Shown: positions 1 to 9,613, counted from the first letter of the stretch. The stretch is 64,000 nt of DNA from Pseudomonadota bacterium (GCA_026390445.1 JAPLFX010000033.1:5731-69730), one strand, 5' to 3'. Made by a program: numbers and translations. The notes: generated from the letters alone by a model not told the origin.

Positions 1-2053
1 CGGTCAACCTCGGGGTCACCGCCTGCGCCTTGTCGACTCTACTACCGACATGATCCAAGGGAACGACTGAGTAGTGCCTGTCACTCACTGAGAACTCGCA
101 AATGCCATCGAGCGGATCGACTTTACAATGCGTGACCAACCTACCATGAGGTCCCTCGACGCTGCCTTTGACCTCGAGCCTCCTCGCGTCGAAGCGGTAG
201 AGGCCGTTTGGTCGTTGCCGCGACGCCGGCAACCATTGCGCTAGATAACCTTTGTACCTAGACCAACCGCGGCTTTGCTGTGGCGCCTGGTCGGCAAATT
301 GACAGACGACGTCAAAAAGCAGTGGCAGCCTTGGCAGGGCGACCATGAGATCAAGCAGAGGGTGGTCTCGCGGCCCGCTATAATAGGTAAAGCAGAAATT
401 ACTACCGTAGCGCGAGTGATACAATTTAGCAGGACCGCTTGCAAAGAACATGGTGCCGGTAACGGGATCCAGATGATTTGTCACCTCGGCAAGTGGCGAC
501 TCCAAGGGGCAACGCCCACCTGTGATCGCAAAGCGATCACCCAGCACGAAGCTCATCGTCTTGGCTAAGCTTTCATTCATCGGCGGATTAATGATCGTAT
601 CACCAAGCTGGGGAACGGCGTGCGACTCGAAGACCGCTGAGTCACCCCGATCGTTGATGTAATTCATCAGGTGAAACGCGATGGTTTCGCTTCCTAGGTA
701 GGGTCCCACCTGAACATGGACATGGATATGCGGTTCAGGCGAGTAACCACTGTTGCCACAGCGCCCGATTCCCTGTCCAGACTCGACAAATTGAGATAGT
801 TTACAGCTTATCGATTGATGCTGCAGATGCGCAATCACCACATGTGCGCCATAGGCATCGCGAATGATGACGTAGTTTCCCCATGCATTTTGATTATCCA
901 CAGCGCCAATCACATTATCAGGAAAATGATCGCATACACCGACGACATAACCTGTCGTCGGAGCGGTAATCGGCTGTCCAAAGGCGTAGTAGTCCTCTGG
1001 CGTATGACCAAAGGTTCTAAACGACTGACCACGGTCATCGCGGATGACAAAATCCAAGCTGTGACGCCATACACCCTTGTGGGTCCACGCGCCGTTAAAT
1101 CCCTGATAAACCGCCCATCGCCCGGTAAACGGACAATAAATCCGCGCTTCCCCACTACGAAAGCGCCGCCAACCATGGGCCACAGCGTCGAGCTTATCCT
1201 CTGGCCTGAGATACCATGGCTGATAAAAGGTCGGCTTGGACGACAATAGATAGCCGTATAAGCACGAAGCAGCGCAAGCATTTACCACCATCAGACCTGC
1301 AAGTATGTCGATGTTCGGACCACTTTGAACCTGCAGATAAGTGGTCCAAAGCGATGCCACCGCAGCACCGATCCCAGCCCAAGTGAGCACCGCTAGCGAC
1401 GCCCGATTCGCCGCGACCACGACGATTAAGGAAACCAGAGCCGAGACGGCTATACTCGCCGTATCTCCGCTCGCGTTCATCACAAATGAAACGCCAGCTC
1501 CAAGGCCAATGATCAGCACCGATATCGGCGAATACGCCGCCCACATCGCTAGACCCACCAGGATCACATACCCGCCTACCGACCCTTGCACTTGGTACGC
1601 CTGCACCGGCAGTAAAAGCTTAAAGTACGTCAGGATCTTTAATGTCACGAGCGTCGGCGTCACCAGCACCGGTAGACCACTGAGCCACCACAGTCTCTGG
1701 CACAGGTACACCAACAGAATACACAACGTCACAGCAGCCGCCACTGGGCCGAGCCCATGTCCGTCGTCCGCTCCAGCTGACCACGCAAAGGCTCCGGTCA
1801 GAAACACATTGATCAGAACCACATGGCCCATGGACCGAATATTGATCGATTTTACATCTAGCAGCAGCAGGCCGAGAATACTCCAACTCGCCATGCCAGC
1901 AAGGGCGCTCAGAGGACTTAACAACGCCACAAAGACCACCACCAAGGCGGTTAGTTTCTCCTGTTCTAACAACGGGCGTCGCAACATGGTCCTGAGACGT
2001 TCAGGAACAGGGACAAGCTTCAGGTGCCCAAAAATGGTCGCGGGAATCGCCAT
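1..2053 (-). CDS. Polytopic membrane protein with M23 (LytM-type) zinc metallopeptidase domain; 3' end runs off the left edge (partial)
   Basis: Absent from the supplied ORF track because it has no stop inside the window. My translation of the minus strand from ATG at 2053 is uninterrupted to position 2: MAIPATIFGHLKLVPVPERL... About 270 aa of successive hydrophobic segments are followed by M23 signatures WRHSLDF (HxxxD) and GRCGNSGYSPEPHIHVHV (coded around 711-760). The + strand ORFs 275..568, 815..1249 and 1341..2075 are antisense shadows. Confidence 0.75.
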   Translation of the reverse strand, partial: MAIPATIFGHLKLVPVPERLRTMLRRPLLEQEKLTALVVVFVALLSPLSALAGMASWSILGLLLLDVKSINIRSMGHVVLINVFLTGAFAWSAGADDGHGLGPVAAAVTLCILLVYLCQRLWWLSGLPVLVTPTLVTLKILTYFKLLLPVQAYQVQGSVGGYVILVGLAMWAAYSPISVLIIGLGAGVSFVMNASGDTASIAVSALVSLIVVVAANRASLAVLTWAGIGAAVASLWTTYLQVQSGPNIDILAGLMVVNACAASCLYGYLLSSKPTFYQPWYLRPEDKLDAVAHGWRRFRSGEARIYCPFTGRWAVYQGFNGAWTHKGVWRHSLDFVIRDDRGQSFRTFGHTPEDYYAFGQPITAPTTGYVVGVCDHFPDNVIGAVDNQNAWGNYVIIRDAYGAHVVIAHLQHQSISCKLSQFVESGQGIGRCGNSGYSPEPHIHVHVQVGPYLGSETIAFHLMNYINDRGDSAVFESHAVPQLGDTIINPPMNESLAKTMSFVLGDRFAITGGRCPLESPLAEVTNHLDPVTGTMFFASGPAKLYHSRYGSNFCFTYYSGPRDHPLLDLMVALPRLPLLFDVVCQFADQAPQQSRGWSRYKGYLAQWLPASRQRPNGLYRFDARRLEVKGSVEGPHGRLVTHCKVDPLDGICEFSVSDRHYSVVPLDHVGSRVDKAQAVTPRLT

Positions 2054-2091
2054 TGCAATCGCATTCCGCCGATGAATCAGGTGAATTGACT

Positions 2092-3453
2092 CTACGCGAT
2101 CTCGCGCATCTGTCGCTCGGTCGGCAAGTCCGACTCGGTGCTCTCGACATCAGCGAGGGTTTCCCTGCGCTTAATTTCGATATCCTGTCCGGACTCTAGG
2201 ATCATCACCGCCGCAGGCCTATAGCGTATAAACTGCATCGATTGTGTCATATTGTAGGCACCGACTGGCGATAGGATCAATTGTTGGCCCCTGTCCATGC
2301 GCGGCAACATAATACATTCGTCCACCACATCGATATTCATGCACAGCGGGCCATTGAGTATCGCCGGCTCGAGCATGCCATTCAACGGCGTCGCTGACTC
2401 GACGCAGAACCGGTACCACGACGATGTATAGAGTAGATTGACCCCAGCATCGAGGACATAGGAGCGCCGCCCATCGGGTAGGATTTTATCAGCGACCACT
2501 GAGGTCACCAGATACCCCGACTCATCGACCAAATGCCGCCCAAGCTCCATATACAGCTTCGGTGGATTTAATCGGTCCTTCAGCGGCTTGAGGGGCTCAG
2601 TCAGGCTCTGCGCATATTTTTCGACAGATGGAATAGCAATCTCGGGAGCCTGATAGACCCCCTTTAGACGATTGAGGCTAGCAAAGCCCCCACCTAGGTC
2701 TAGGTACGTGATCGGCAGGCGGGTGATCGCTTCAACCTCATGCATAAACTCCACGACTTTTTCAGCAGCCTTTTTGTATGCCTGATGATCGATAACAAAG
2801 GTCCCGATATGGCTATGGATGCCGGTTAAGTTGAGATGCTGACTGTCATGGATCCTGCGCACAGCGCCAAGGGCATGACCGCTTTCGAGGTTAAAGCCAA
2901 AGCGACTCCAGTGTGGATAGATTCCTGTTTGGCAATTGATGCGGATCCCGATGGAGATCTCTCGACCGAGCTGGCTGGCGATGGCTTCTAAGTCTTCAAT
3001 TTCGCCAAAGTGGTCGATATTGATGATCGCCCCTTCAGTCACCGCCGTGAGCAACGATTCCTTCGTCTTGTAGGGGCCGTTGTAGATGATATCTTTGCCA
3101 GCGATGCCTAGATTTCTTGCCTTCTCGTATTCAAAGTCACTCACCACTTCGGCTAGTGCACCCAGACGGTGAAAGGTTTGGCACACGGCCCTAAGATAAT
3201 TGGTCTTGTAGCTCCAGCCAAACTGAACGTTGCTGTACTGTTCCGACACCGCTTTATAAGCCGCTTGATATTTTTCAATCAAGCTAGCTTGAGAAAAGAC
3301 GAACAGCGGCGAGCCGTATTTTTCGACCAAGTCGCCGATCTTGTGCCCGCAGATGTCCTTACGGATCTGACTGAAATTGTCGAGTGTCATCCCATTTTTT
3401 GAATACATCGGGTTGCCGACCTTAACCATTGTAGGCTTCTCGTAGGCTTTCAT
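2092..3453 (-). CDS. PLP-dependent decarboxylase, Orn/DAP/Arg decarboxylase family (fold type III)
   Basis: 453 aa. Family hallmarks: SPLFVF start of the barrel, PLP-lysine context FGWSYKTN, GIHSHIGT, glycine-rich LDLGGGF, and C-terminal GAYNMTQS. Starts 1 nt after the ATP-grasp stop. Confidence 0.85.
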   Translation of the reverse strand: MKAYEKPTMVKVGNPMYSKNGMTLDNFSQIRKDICGHKIGDLVEKYGSPLFVFSQASLIEKYQAAYKAVSEQYSNVQFGWSYKTNYLRAVCQTFHRLGALAEVVSDFEYEKARNLGIAGKDIIYNGPYKTKESLLTAVTEGAIINIDHFGEIEDLEAIASQLGREISIGIRINCQTGIYPHWSRFGFNLESGHALGAVRRIHDSQHLNLTGIHSHIGTFVIDHQAYKKAAEKVVEFMHEVEAITRLPITYLDLGGGFASLNRLKGVYQAPEIAIPSVEKYAQSLTEPLKPLKDRLNPPKLYMELGRHLVDESGYLVTSVVADKILPDGRRSYVLDAGVNLLYTSSWYRFCVESATPLNGMLEPAILNGPLCMNIDVVDECIMLPRMDRGQQLILSPVGAYNMTQSMQFIRYRPAAVMILESGQDIEIKRRETLADVESTESDLPTERQMREIA

Positions 3454-4500
3454 CTAACTGGCTCCTTGTTGACCGAGTGTGATGAGATCATGAAATAAAT
3501 CCCAGTCGCCGACGCATTCCTGAGTAAACCGTATCAGATGCTTGCTGACCGGATAGGACAAGTCCCGGTTGCAATCACCCGTCAAGATAAAGTCGAGCAT
3601 TCGGTCGGGAAGATTTACGCCGACCGCTGTTGCAAAGTAGACCCAGGCAGGAAATCTCGGGTTGATCTCAATCAGGTAGATCTGCTGTTGATGCCGCATC
3701 GCCTCCAACTCAAAGGGGCCACGCCACTTAGTCGTCTTGCAAAAAGATTTGGCCAGCTCGATCAGCTGTTCGTCACGAATCGTCACCGCGGTCCAAACTT
3801 TGCCGAGGTCGGTTTTTGTCTGCTTTTTTATGCACACACAACCGCACAGTTCACCCTGCCCGTCACCAAGACCGATCAAGTTGATTTCCGGGCCTTCAAT
3901 ATATTTTTGGATCACTAAGGGAAAACCCCATTCAGCGGCGATTTCCGTCGCCTTTTCCACCGCCGAGCTGTGATTGTAAACCTTGTAGGCCTTGTAGTAA
4001 TTGCCTTTGACGACGGCGGGAAAGTCTATTTTCTCAGGAATAATCTTATACAATTCATCGATTGAATAGGCGCACTCGGTCTTCGGGTACTGGCAGCCAA
4101 TTGCATCGGTCAAGACCGCTAGATTCGCCTTGCTGCGTAAGTCGAATTGCTCTTGCGTCGGCAACAGGCAGCGAATGCCCATGATTTTAAGTTCGTTGGC
4201 GTATTTGATATAAAGCGGGAGTTCGACATCGAGATTTGGCAGCAAAAACTCAAAGCCAGTCTCTTGTCTGATCGTCTGTAGGCGCTCCGACACGACCTTC
4301 CAGCCTTTGCTCGGATAGGGCAGCAGGTAGCTCTGGTCGATCCATGACTTTAGATAGTGGCCCGGGTCGTTCGCATCATAGCCAAGACCGATGATGCGCA
4401 CAGGTCGTCCCGACTCCTTCAAACTACGCGCAATCGCCACGCCAGGCCCAGGGTTGTCGGTGGCGTTGATCCCCGAAAGGGCTATGACCAAAGGCTTCAT
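3454..4500 (-). CDS. ATP-grasp family carboxylate-amine ligase
   Basis: 348 aa. ATP-grasp core FPAVVKG..., PLVIQKYIEGPEINL, and LIEINPRFPAW (Mg/ATP loop). The start overlaps the upstream PqqD-like ORF by 4 nt. Confidence 0.8.
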   Translation of the reverse strand: MKPLVIALSGINATDNPGPGVAIARSLKESGRPVRIIGLGYDANDPGHYLKSWIDQSYLLPYPSKGWKVVSERLQTIRQETGFEFLLPNLDVELPLYIKYANELKIMGIRCLLPTQEQFDLRSKANLAVLTDAIGCQYPKTECAYSIDELYKIIPEKIDFPAVVKGNYYKAYKVYNHSSAVEKATEIAAEWGFPLVIQKYIEGPEINLIGLGDGQGELCGCVCIKKQTKTDLGKVWTAVTIRDEQLIELAKSFCKTTKWRGPFELEAMRHQQQIYLIEINPRFPAWVYFATAVGVNLPDRMLDFILTGDCNRDLSYPVSKHLIRFTQECVGDWDLFHDLITLGQQGAS

Positions 4501-4736
4501 GCGGAGAATCCTTGGGAATTGAGCATGGCGGTGAATTCGTAGACGTCGGACAAGGCAGAGCCATAAGCGACGTCAAACTCCCGACTCAGAGCCTCGGCGA
4601 TAAGCTGTGGGCTACGTCCCTCCTGCAAGCCGCGCAGAACCAGGGTCGCGCTCTCATTGAGGCGGTAGCTGTCACCACTTCGAGGGTCCATAGCGACCCC
4701 CCGCCGGCTGATCTGCAAAAGTTGCCAATCTGACAT
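4497..4736 (-). CDS. PqqD-like small protein (possible peptide/carrier-binding chaperone)
   Basis: The track ORF is 4497..4766. I prefer ATG at 4736 (MSDWQLLQISRRGVAMDPRSGDSYRLNESATLVLRGL...), which is preceded by a GGGGG purine run. The pattern 'dp.sg..y.LNesa..i...l.g..s...i...l...f.v' is typical of PqqD/RRE-type domains. Confidence 0.6.
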   Translation of the reverse strand: MSDWQLLQISRRGVAMDPRSGDSYRLNESATLVLRGLQEGRSPQLIAEALSREFDVAYGSALSDVYEFTAMLNSQGFSA

Positions 4737-4858
4737 GTCGACGCCCCCACTCGTTGGGAAACCCAAGTGCTAGTCCCTGAATCTCCGACTTCATAATCTG
4801 TATGGCTGAGATCGGCAGTTGTTCGATTTAGTTTAGCCTGTTGCCCTACAGCAAGCGG

Positions 4859-4877
4859 CGCCCCGCTCTACGGGGCG
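4859..4877 (-). terminator. GC-rich stem-loop downstream of the LpxH-like gene
   Basis: The arms cgccccg / cggggcg form a 7-bp stem with a 5-nt loop, about 88 nt past the stop at 4965. No U-tract follows, so it is only a weak intrinsic-terminator candidate. Confidence 0.3.
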
Positions 4878-4964
4878 GCTACGGCGCGCGCACAAGCAGC
4901 CAACGCGCATAAGAATTTGCCGCTGTCTGCGCTGTCCAACAATTGCTCCACACAGGTAAAATTT

Positions 4965-5759
4965 TTAACTAAACAGAGAGACTACAGGCTCTGCGACAAA
5001 GGGCAGACCAGGCTCCTGCAAGTGCACCCGCTGAAATTGGCCATCGCGGTAGATCAAAGCATTTGGTCGGTCCCAGCTGTCGACGCTAAGAAGCAAACCT
5101 GAACGGCCATGCCGGGGCTCCGCGTAGGGCACATGAAAATGGCCGATGATGCCATGGTCAAACGCACCCTCGTCGACCCAAGCACGAAATGCGTCGAGGA
5201 TCCGCTGATGATTCAACGTCCGGTATCGGTCCTGGGACCTTGAGATCTTGGCGTGCCGAAGGGAATAGGCATCCAGCCATCCCCCAGGGATGTAACCAGC
5301 CGCGCGTCGGGCAAACTGACTCTTGATCAAGCCGCGAAACGCTCGGTAGAGCGGATCCTCGGTGATCAGGTCACCATGGGTGATTTTAATCCGCTCGCCG
5401 CTGCGTAAGGTGAGAGCAAAATCCTTCGCCAGGACAAACTCCACCCCGGACCATCCGCTCCGGTCCATATGGACCTCATGGTTCCCCTCGACAAAGACGA
5501 CGCGAATGCCCCGCTTGGCCGCCGCCTCCAGGGCTTCGCCCAGGGGCCTAAATTTGCGCCGATAGTATGCCGCATCGCCAAAGCAAAAATCAAAGATATC
5601 TCCATTTAAAACAAACACTTCGACTTCCGAGCTGAGGCGCTCGATAAGATCCAACAACAAGCGTCCGCGCCGGTCCGCCATGTGCTGGATATGCACATCA
5701 GAAGCCAAAACCAAGGAGGCGGTTAAGGAATCACCTTGGGCTTGATGGGACGGGGGCAT
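4965..5759 (-). CDS. Calcineurin-like metallophosphoesterase, UDP-2,3-diacylglucosamine hydrolase (LpxH)-like
   Basis: 264 aa. Metallophosphoesterase motifs SDVH, NGDIFDF, EGNHE and GHFH occur in LpxH order. Confidence 0.75.
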   Translation of the reverse strand: MPPSHQAQGDSLTASLVLASDVHIQHMADRRGRLLLDLIERLSSEVEVFVLNGDIFDFCFGDAAYYRRKFRPLGEALEAAAKRGIRVVFVEGNHEVHMDRSGWSGVEFVLAKDFALTLRSGERIKITHGDLITEDPLYRAFRGLIKSQFARRAAGYIPGGWLDAYSLRHAKISRSQDRYRTLNHQRILDAFRAWVDEGAFDHGIIGHFHVPYAEPRHGRSGLLLSVDSWDRPNALIYRDGQFQRVHLQEPGLPFVAEPVVSLFS

Positions 5760-5920
5760 TCGACTCCTCGGGATTGGTCTCGGGGTTCACTTTGCGGCTC
5801 GAACGCCCCCAGTATAGCTGCATAAGCTGGAATGCTCTTGCAAAACCTTCATGATTCTGGTTTTTTAGATCCGCTTCATAGCCTATTAAACCATCGGTTC
5901 CGGTTATCAGGAGGGCATTC

Positions 5921-6163
5921 ATGTCTTTATCGGTTGAAGAAAAGGTTAAGCAGATCGTCGTCAATCAGCTTGGCGTCGAGGAGACCTCGGTCATCGGCAA
6001 AGCCAAATTCATCGAAGACCTGGGCGCAGACTCCCTCGACATCGTCGAACTGGTGATGGCGATGGAAGAAGCCTTCGGCGTCGACATCCCTGATGAAGAA
6101 GCTGAGAACATCCGCACCGTCGATGACGCGGTCTCCTTCATCAAAAAAGCGGAAGATGCTTAA
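5921..6163 (+). CDS. acpP: Acyl carrier protein
   Basis: 80 aa. Phosphopantetheine site [17 protein letters not shown]. Confidence 0.95.
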   Translation: MSLSVEEKVKQIVVNQLGVEETSVIGKAKFIEDLGADSLDIVELVMAMEEAFGVDIPDEEAENIRTVDDAVSFIKKAEDA

Positions 6164-6176
6164 AGGGTAGACGCCG

Positions 6177-6641
6177 ATGGCGAGTAAGATCGGGATCGCC
6201 GCAGACCATGCCGGCAAAGAGCTTAAGCAGCTAGTTGCCGACTTCGTCGGCCTGAAGAATTTTGAAGTGATCGACTACGGCGTCGCCAACGACTCCAATA
6301 AATCTGTCGACTATCCCGACTACGCGGCCATCCTCGCTGCGGATGTCGCCAGCGGCAAGATTGATCGCGGCGTGTTGATCTGTGGCACCGGCATCGGCAT
6401 GTGCATCACAGCCAACAAGTTTCCCGGCGTGCGCGCGGCCCAGGTCTGGGACGAGTTCACGGCGCGGATGAGCCGCGCCCACAATGATGCCAACATCATC
6501 TGCCTTGGTGCGCGCGTGACCAATCACCACCGCGCCGTGGAGCTAGTCAACCTGTGGTTGGACACGCCTTTTGAAGGCAGCCGCCATCAGGCGCGCCTGG
6601 ACAAAATCCGCGAAATCGAAAAAAAGCTCGGCAAGCGCTAA
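6177..6641 (+). CDS. rpiB: Ribose-5-phosphate isomerase B
   Basis: 154 aa. RpiB/LacAB family: IGIAADHAG, LICGTGIGMCITANK, RAHNDANIICLGAR. Confidence 0.93.
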   Translation: MASKIGIAADHAGKELKQLVADFVGLKNFEVIDYGVANDSNKSVDYPDYAAILAADVASGKIDRGVLICGTGIGMCITANKFPGVRAAQVWDEFTARMSRAHNDANIICLGARVTNHHRAVELVNLWLDTPFEGSRHQARLDKIREIEKKLGKR

Positions 6642-6674
6642 GCAAACCGGCTTTACCCTTGAGAGGAGCTACCC

Positions 6675-7937
6675 GTGTTGAAGCCCTGGGACGTATTGGC
6701 GAGTAAAGATCCTGAAGTGTTCCGCTTGATCGAGGCCGAGCTGCATCGCCAGCAAGAGGGCCTAGAGTTGATCGCTTCAGAAAACTTCGCTTCAGCTGAG
6801 GTCATCGCCTGCATGGGCAATGTTCTCGCCAACAAATACGCTGAAGGCCTACCCGGTAAGCGCTACTACGGCGGCTGCGAGGTCGTCGACCAGGTTGAAA
6901 CGATCGCTATTGAGCGCTTAAAGCAGCTGTTCGGCGCCAAGTTCGCCAACGTCCAGCCGCATTCGGGCGCCCAGGCTAACGCCGCCGTTTACCTCGCCCT
7001 CGCTAAGCCAGGCGACCGCATCCTCGGCCTCGATCTGTCGCACGGTGGTCATTTGACCCACGGCTCGAAGGTCAACTTCTCCGGAATCCTCTACGAGTCC
7101 CACTTTTATACCGTGCAGCCCGATAGCAATCTGATCGACTTCGCCTCGGTCCGCAAGCTGGCCCATGAGCTAAAGCCGAAGATCATCGTCGCTGGCGCCA
7201 GCGCTTACCCACGCGCCATCGACTTTGCGGAGTTCCGCCGCATCGCCGACGAGGTCGGTGCCTACCTGTTTGTCGATATGGCCCACATCGCCGGGTTGGT
7301 AGCCGCTGGACTGCATATGAACCCAGTCCAGCATGCTCACGTCGTCACGACCACCACCCACAAGACCCTGCGCGGCCCGCGTGGCGGCGTCATCATGTGG
7401 AACGACGAGGCCCTCACCAAAGAGATCAACAAGGCGGTCTTCCCCGGCACCCAGGGTGGACCTCTCGAGCACGTCATCGCCGCCAAGGCGGTCTGTTTTC
7501 GCGAAGCGCTGCAGCCGGAATATAAGAGCTACCAACTCGAAGTCGTTCGCAATGCTGCCTACCTCGGCGAGGAGCTCATTCGGCAGGGCTTCAAATTGGT
7601 CTCCGGCGGCACCGACAACCATCTCGTCCTGCTCAACCTGTCGGACTCTCCCGTCAGCGGCAAGGATCTCGAAGAGGCGCTCGGCAAAATCGCCATCACC
7701 GTCAACAAAAACACCGTTCCGGGTGAAAAGCGCAGCCCATTCGTCACCAGTGGCGTACGCATTGGCACGCCGGCCGTGACGTCCCGTGGCCTCGGTCGCA
7801 CGGAAATGGCCCAGATCGCCGGTTGGGTGCGCCAAGCCTATGATCATGTGAAGGACGACCAGTACTTGGCCGGCCTCAAGCGCGAAGTCGTGGCACTGGC
7901 GCAGCGCTTCCCACTCTACCCCGGCTGGGCCAACTAG
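6675..7937 (+). CDS. glyA: Serine hydroxymethyltransferase
   Basis: 420 aa. GTG start behind [29 protein letters not shown], and [15 protein letters not shown] (PLP lysine). Confidence 0.97.
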   Translation: MLKPWDVLASKDPEVFRLIEAELHRQQEGLELIASENFASAEVIACMGNVLANKYAEGLPGKRYYGGCEVVDQVETIAIERLKQLFGAKFANVQPHSGAQANAAVYLALAKPGDRILGLDLSHGGHLTHGSKVNFSGILYESHFYTVQPDSNLIDFASVRKLAHELKPKIIVAGASAYPRAIDFAEFRRIADEVGAYLFVDMAHIAGLVAAGLHMNPVQHAHVVTTTTHKTLRGPRGGVIMWNDEALTKEINKAVFPGTQGGPLEHVIAAKAVCFREALQPEYKSYQLEVVRNAAYLGEELIRQGFKLVSGGTDNHLVLLNLSDSPVSGKDLEEALGKIAITVNKNTVPGEKRSPFVTSGVRIGTPAVTSRGLGRTEMAQIAGWVRQAYDHVKDDQYLAGLKREVVALAQRFPLYPGWAN

Positions 7938-7948
7938 GGAGTCCAGCA

Positions 7949-8401
7949 GTGAAATGCCAGGTGTGTGGGTCTGAGGACACAAAAGTGCTGGAGAGCCGCC
8001 TCAGCGATGGCGGCCGCAGCGTTCGGCGCCGCCGTTGTTGTGTCACCTGCAATCACCGCTTTACGACCTATGAAAAGGAGGAGGTGTTTGCCTTCTCCAT
8101 CATTAAAAAAGATCTTCGGGTCGAACCCTACAGCCGCGACAAAGTCTTTCGGTCGATTCAAACCGCTTGCCAAAAGCGGCCGATCACCTATGAACAGATC
8201 GATGCGATGATCTCGCGGCTGGAAAAGACGGTGCAGGACTCTGGCGAGCGTAGCGTCGCCAGCCAAAGACTCGGCGACCTCATCATGGATAGCTTGCACG
8301 GTCTGGATAAAGTGGCTTACGTCCGCTTCGCCTCGGTCTATAAAGACTTTCAAGACCCCAGCGAATTCATGCGCGAGATCGACCGGCTGGACACCGAATA
8401 A
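7949..8401 (+). CDS. nrdR: Transcriptional repressor NrdR
   Basis: 150 aa. N-terminal zinc ribbon MKCQVCG...CVTCNHRFTTYE followed by an ATP-cone. Confidence 0.93.
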   Translation: MKCQVCGSEDTKVLESRLSDGGRSVRRRRCCVTCNHRFTTYEKEEVFAFSIIKKDLRVEPYSRDKVFRSIQTACQKRPITYEQIDAMISRLEKTVQDSGERSVASQRLGDLIMDSLHGLDKVAYVRFASVYKDFQDPSEFMREIDRLDTE

Positions 8402-8424
8402 CGCGCTTTTAAGGACCTAGACCC

Positions 8425-9054
8425 ATGTTTACTGGCATCGTCGAACGCACAGGCCGAATCCTCTCTTTGACGACACCGGCCACCGCCGCGGGAGGAGCCA
8501 TGGGCGCTATCAGCCAGCTCATCATCGACGCCGGCAAGGGTTTTGAGACACGCCCCGGCGATAGTGTGGCGATCAACGGCTGCTGCTTGACCGTCACCAG
8601 CAACAAGGTCCAGCTACTGGCCTTTGACGTCAGTCGGGAAACCCTCGCCCACACCAGTCTTGGCGAGCTCGGCGAAAACAGCGAAGTCAACCTGGAGCGG
8701 GCCCTAAAGCTCGGCGATCGCCTTGGCGGCCACCTCGTCTCCGGTCACATCGATGGTGTCGGCGTCGTCGATCGCATTTTAAAACAGCCCGATGGCTGGG
8801 AGCTGATGCTGCAGATCCCAACATCTCTGGGCCGCTACGTCATCCGCAAGGGCTCCATCTGCCTTGATGGGGTCAGCTTGACGGTCAATGCCCTCGCTGA
8901 CCACGGCCAGACCACAATCATCGGCCTCACCTTGATCCCCACAACGGTTAGTATGACGGCGCTCAAGTCGCTACACGAAGGGCAACGCATCAACGTCGAG
9001 GTCGACACCATTGGTAAGTATGTCGAACGCTTAACTCAGCTCGCCGATACCTGA
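8425..9054 (+). CDS. ribE: Riboflavin synthase (alpha chain)
   Basis: 209 aa. MFTGIVE start and a duplicated lumazine-binding repeat (AINGCCLTV / CLDGVSLTV). Confidence 0.93.
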   Translation: MFTGIVERTGRILSLTTPATAAGGAMGAISQLIIDAGKGFETRPGDSVAINGCCLTVTSNKVQLLAFDVSRETLAHTSLGELGENSEVNLERALKLGDRLGGHLVSGHIDGVGVVDRILKQPDGWELMLQIPTSLGRYVIRKGSICLDGVSLTVNALADHGQTTIIGLTLIPTTVSMTALKSLHEGQRINVEVDTIGKYVERLTQLADT

Positions 9055-9144
9055 CTGTTGACCGGCGGGTGGCATTGGTCCAGTATCGTTTGATCCACGA
9101 AGTCATCGTTGTCGCCACCTGACCAAAACTACGGAGTCTTTAGC

Positions 9145-9444
9145 ATGAACATCAGCAGCAAGGGTCTACTGAACGCAGTCGCCGCATTCGCCATCGTCTC
9201 CTTGTCAGGGTCCGCCATGGCCGTGACCAAGCCCAAGAGCCCGACGGCCGGCATGCACTGCGTCAATAGCCGCAATCAAGAGATCAAAGCCGCGACCAAG
9301 CTATCTGAATGCAAGGCGCCTTACCACTGGGTGAAAGCACCCATCGTCGCGACCAAAGTAAAGACCAAGCCTAACCACGCCCTAGCCCACGCCAAGAAGC
9401 ACAAGGGCCGGGTCGCTTCGACCAAGAAGACCATCAACCAGTAG
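9145..9444 (+). CDS. Small secreted lysine-rich protein, unknown function
   Basis: I prefer ATG at 9145 (SD ACGGAG upstream). It gives the signal peptide MNISSKGLLNAVAAFAIVSLSGSAMA, two Cys, and a basic C-terminus KVKTKPNHALAHAKKHKGRVASTKK. Confidence 0.55.
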   Translation: MNISSKGLLNAVAAFAIVSLSGSAMAVTKPKSPTAGMHCVNSRNQEIKAATKLSECKAPYHWVKAPIVATKVKTKPNHALAHAKKHKGRVASTKKTINQ

Positions 9445-9474
9445 ACCCGCCTCGGCAGGTAACCGTCTCAAAGT

Positions 9475-9497
9475 CCTCGGCAATTCAACTGCCGAGG
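9475..9497 (+). terminator. Stem-loop after the small secreted-protein gene / in the ribBA leader
   Basis: The arms cctcggca / tgccgagg form an 8-bp stem with a 7-nt loop. No U-tract follows. A second copy of cctcggca lies at 9450-9457. Confidence 0.3.
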
Positions 9498-9613
9498 AAG
9501 GCCGTCGCAGCGTCAAAATCCCACCTGATGATCCTGCATTAGACTCTATCTTTGCGTCTTCCGAGCGATTCTGATAAGGTCCGCCGCCTCAGCCCTACTT
9601 GGGAGCCCGCTCT

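Noticed and set aside
275-2075. Track ORFs on the + strand (275..568, 815..1249, 1341..2075) and short minus-strand ORFs (910..1281, 1194..1544, 1620..1886)
   Set aside because: Their translations are Arg/Ser/Thr/Pro-rich with no motifs. The third minus frame gives one continuous, motif-bearing membrane/M23 protein across the whole region, so these are shadow ORFs.
4833-4910. 25-codon Cys-rich mini-ORF (MRVGCLCARRSRPVERGAACCRATG) upstream of the PqqD-like gene, considered as a RiPP precursor
   Set aside because: It has no ribosome-binding site, and it is built largely from the GC-rich stem-loop at 4859-4877, which explains its Cys/Arg/Gly content. A 40-codon ORF starting at 4794 overlaps the PqqD start out of frame and also lacks an RBS. 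Neither is supportable without expression data.
6918-7982. Minus-strand ORFs 7170..7982 (270 aa), 6918..7166 and 7559..7801
   Set aside because: They are antisense to the unambiguous glyA gene. These are high-GC shadow frames without motifs.
9445-9613. FMN (RFN) riboswitch expected upstream of riboflavin genes
   Set aside because: I could not find the conserved FMN-element core segments here, in the 23-nt gap before ribE, or before nrdR. Only a simple hairpin is present.
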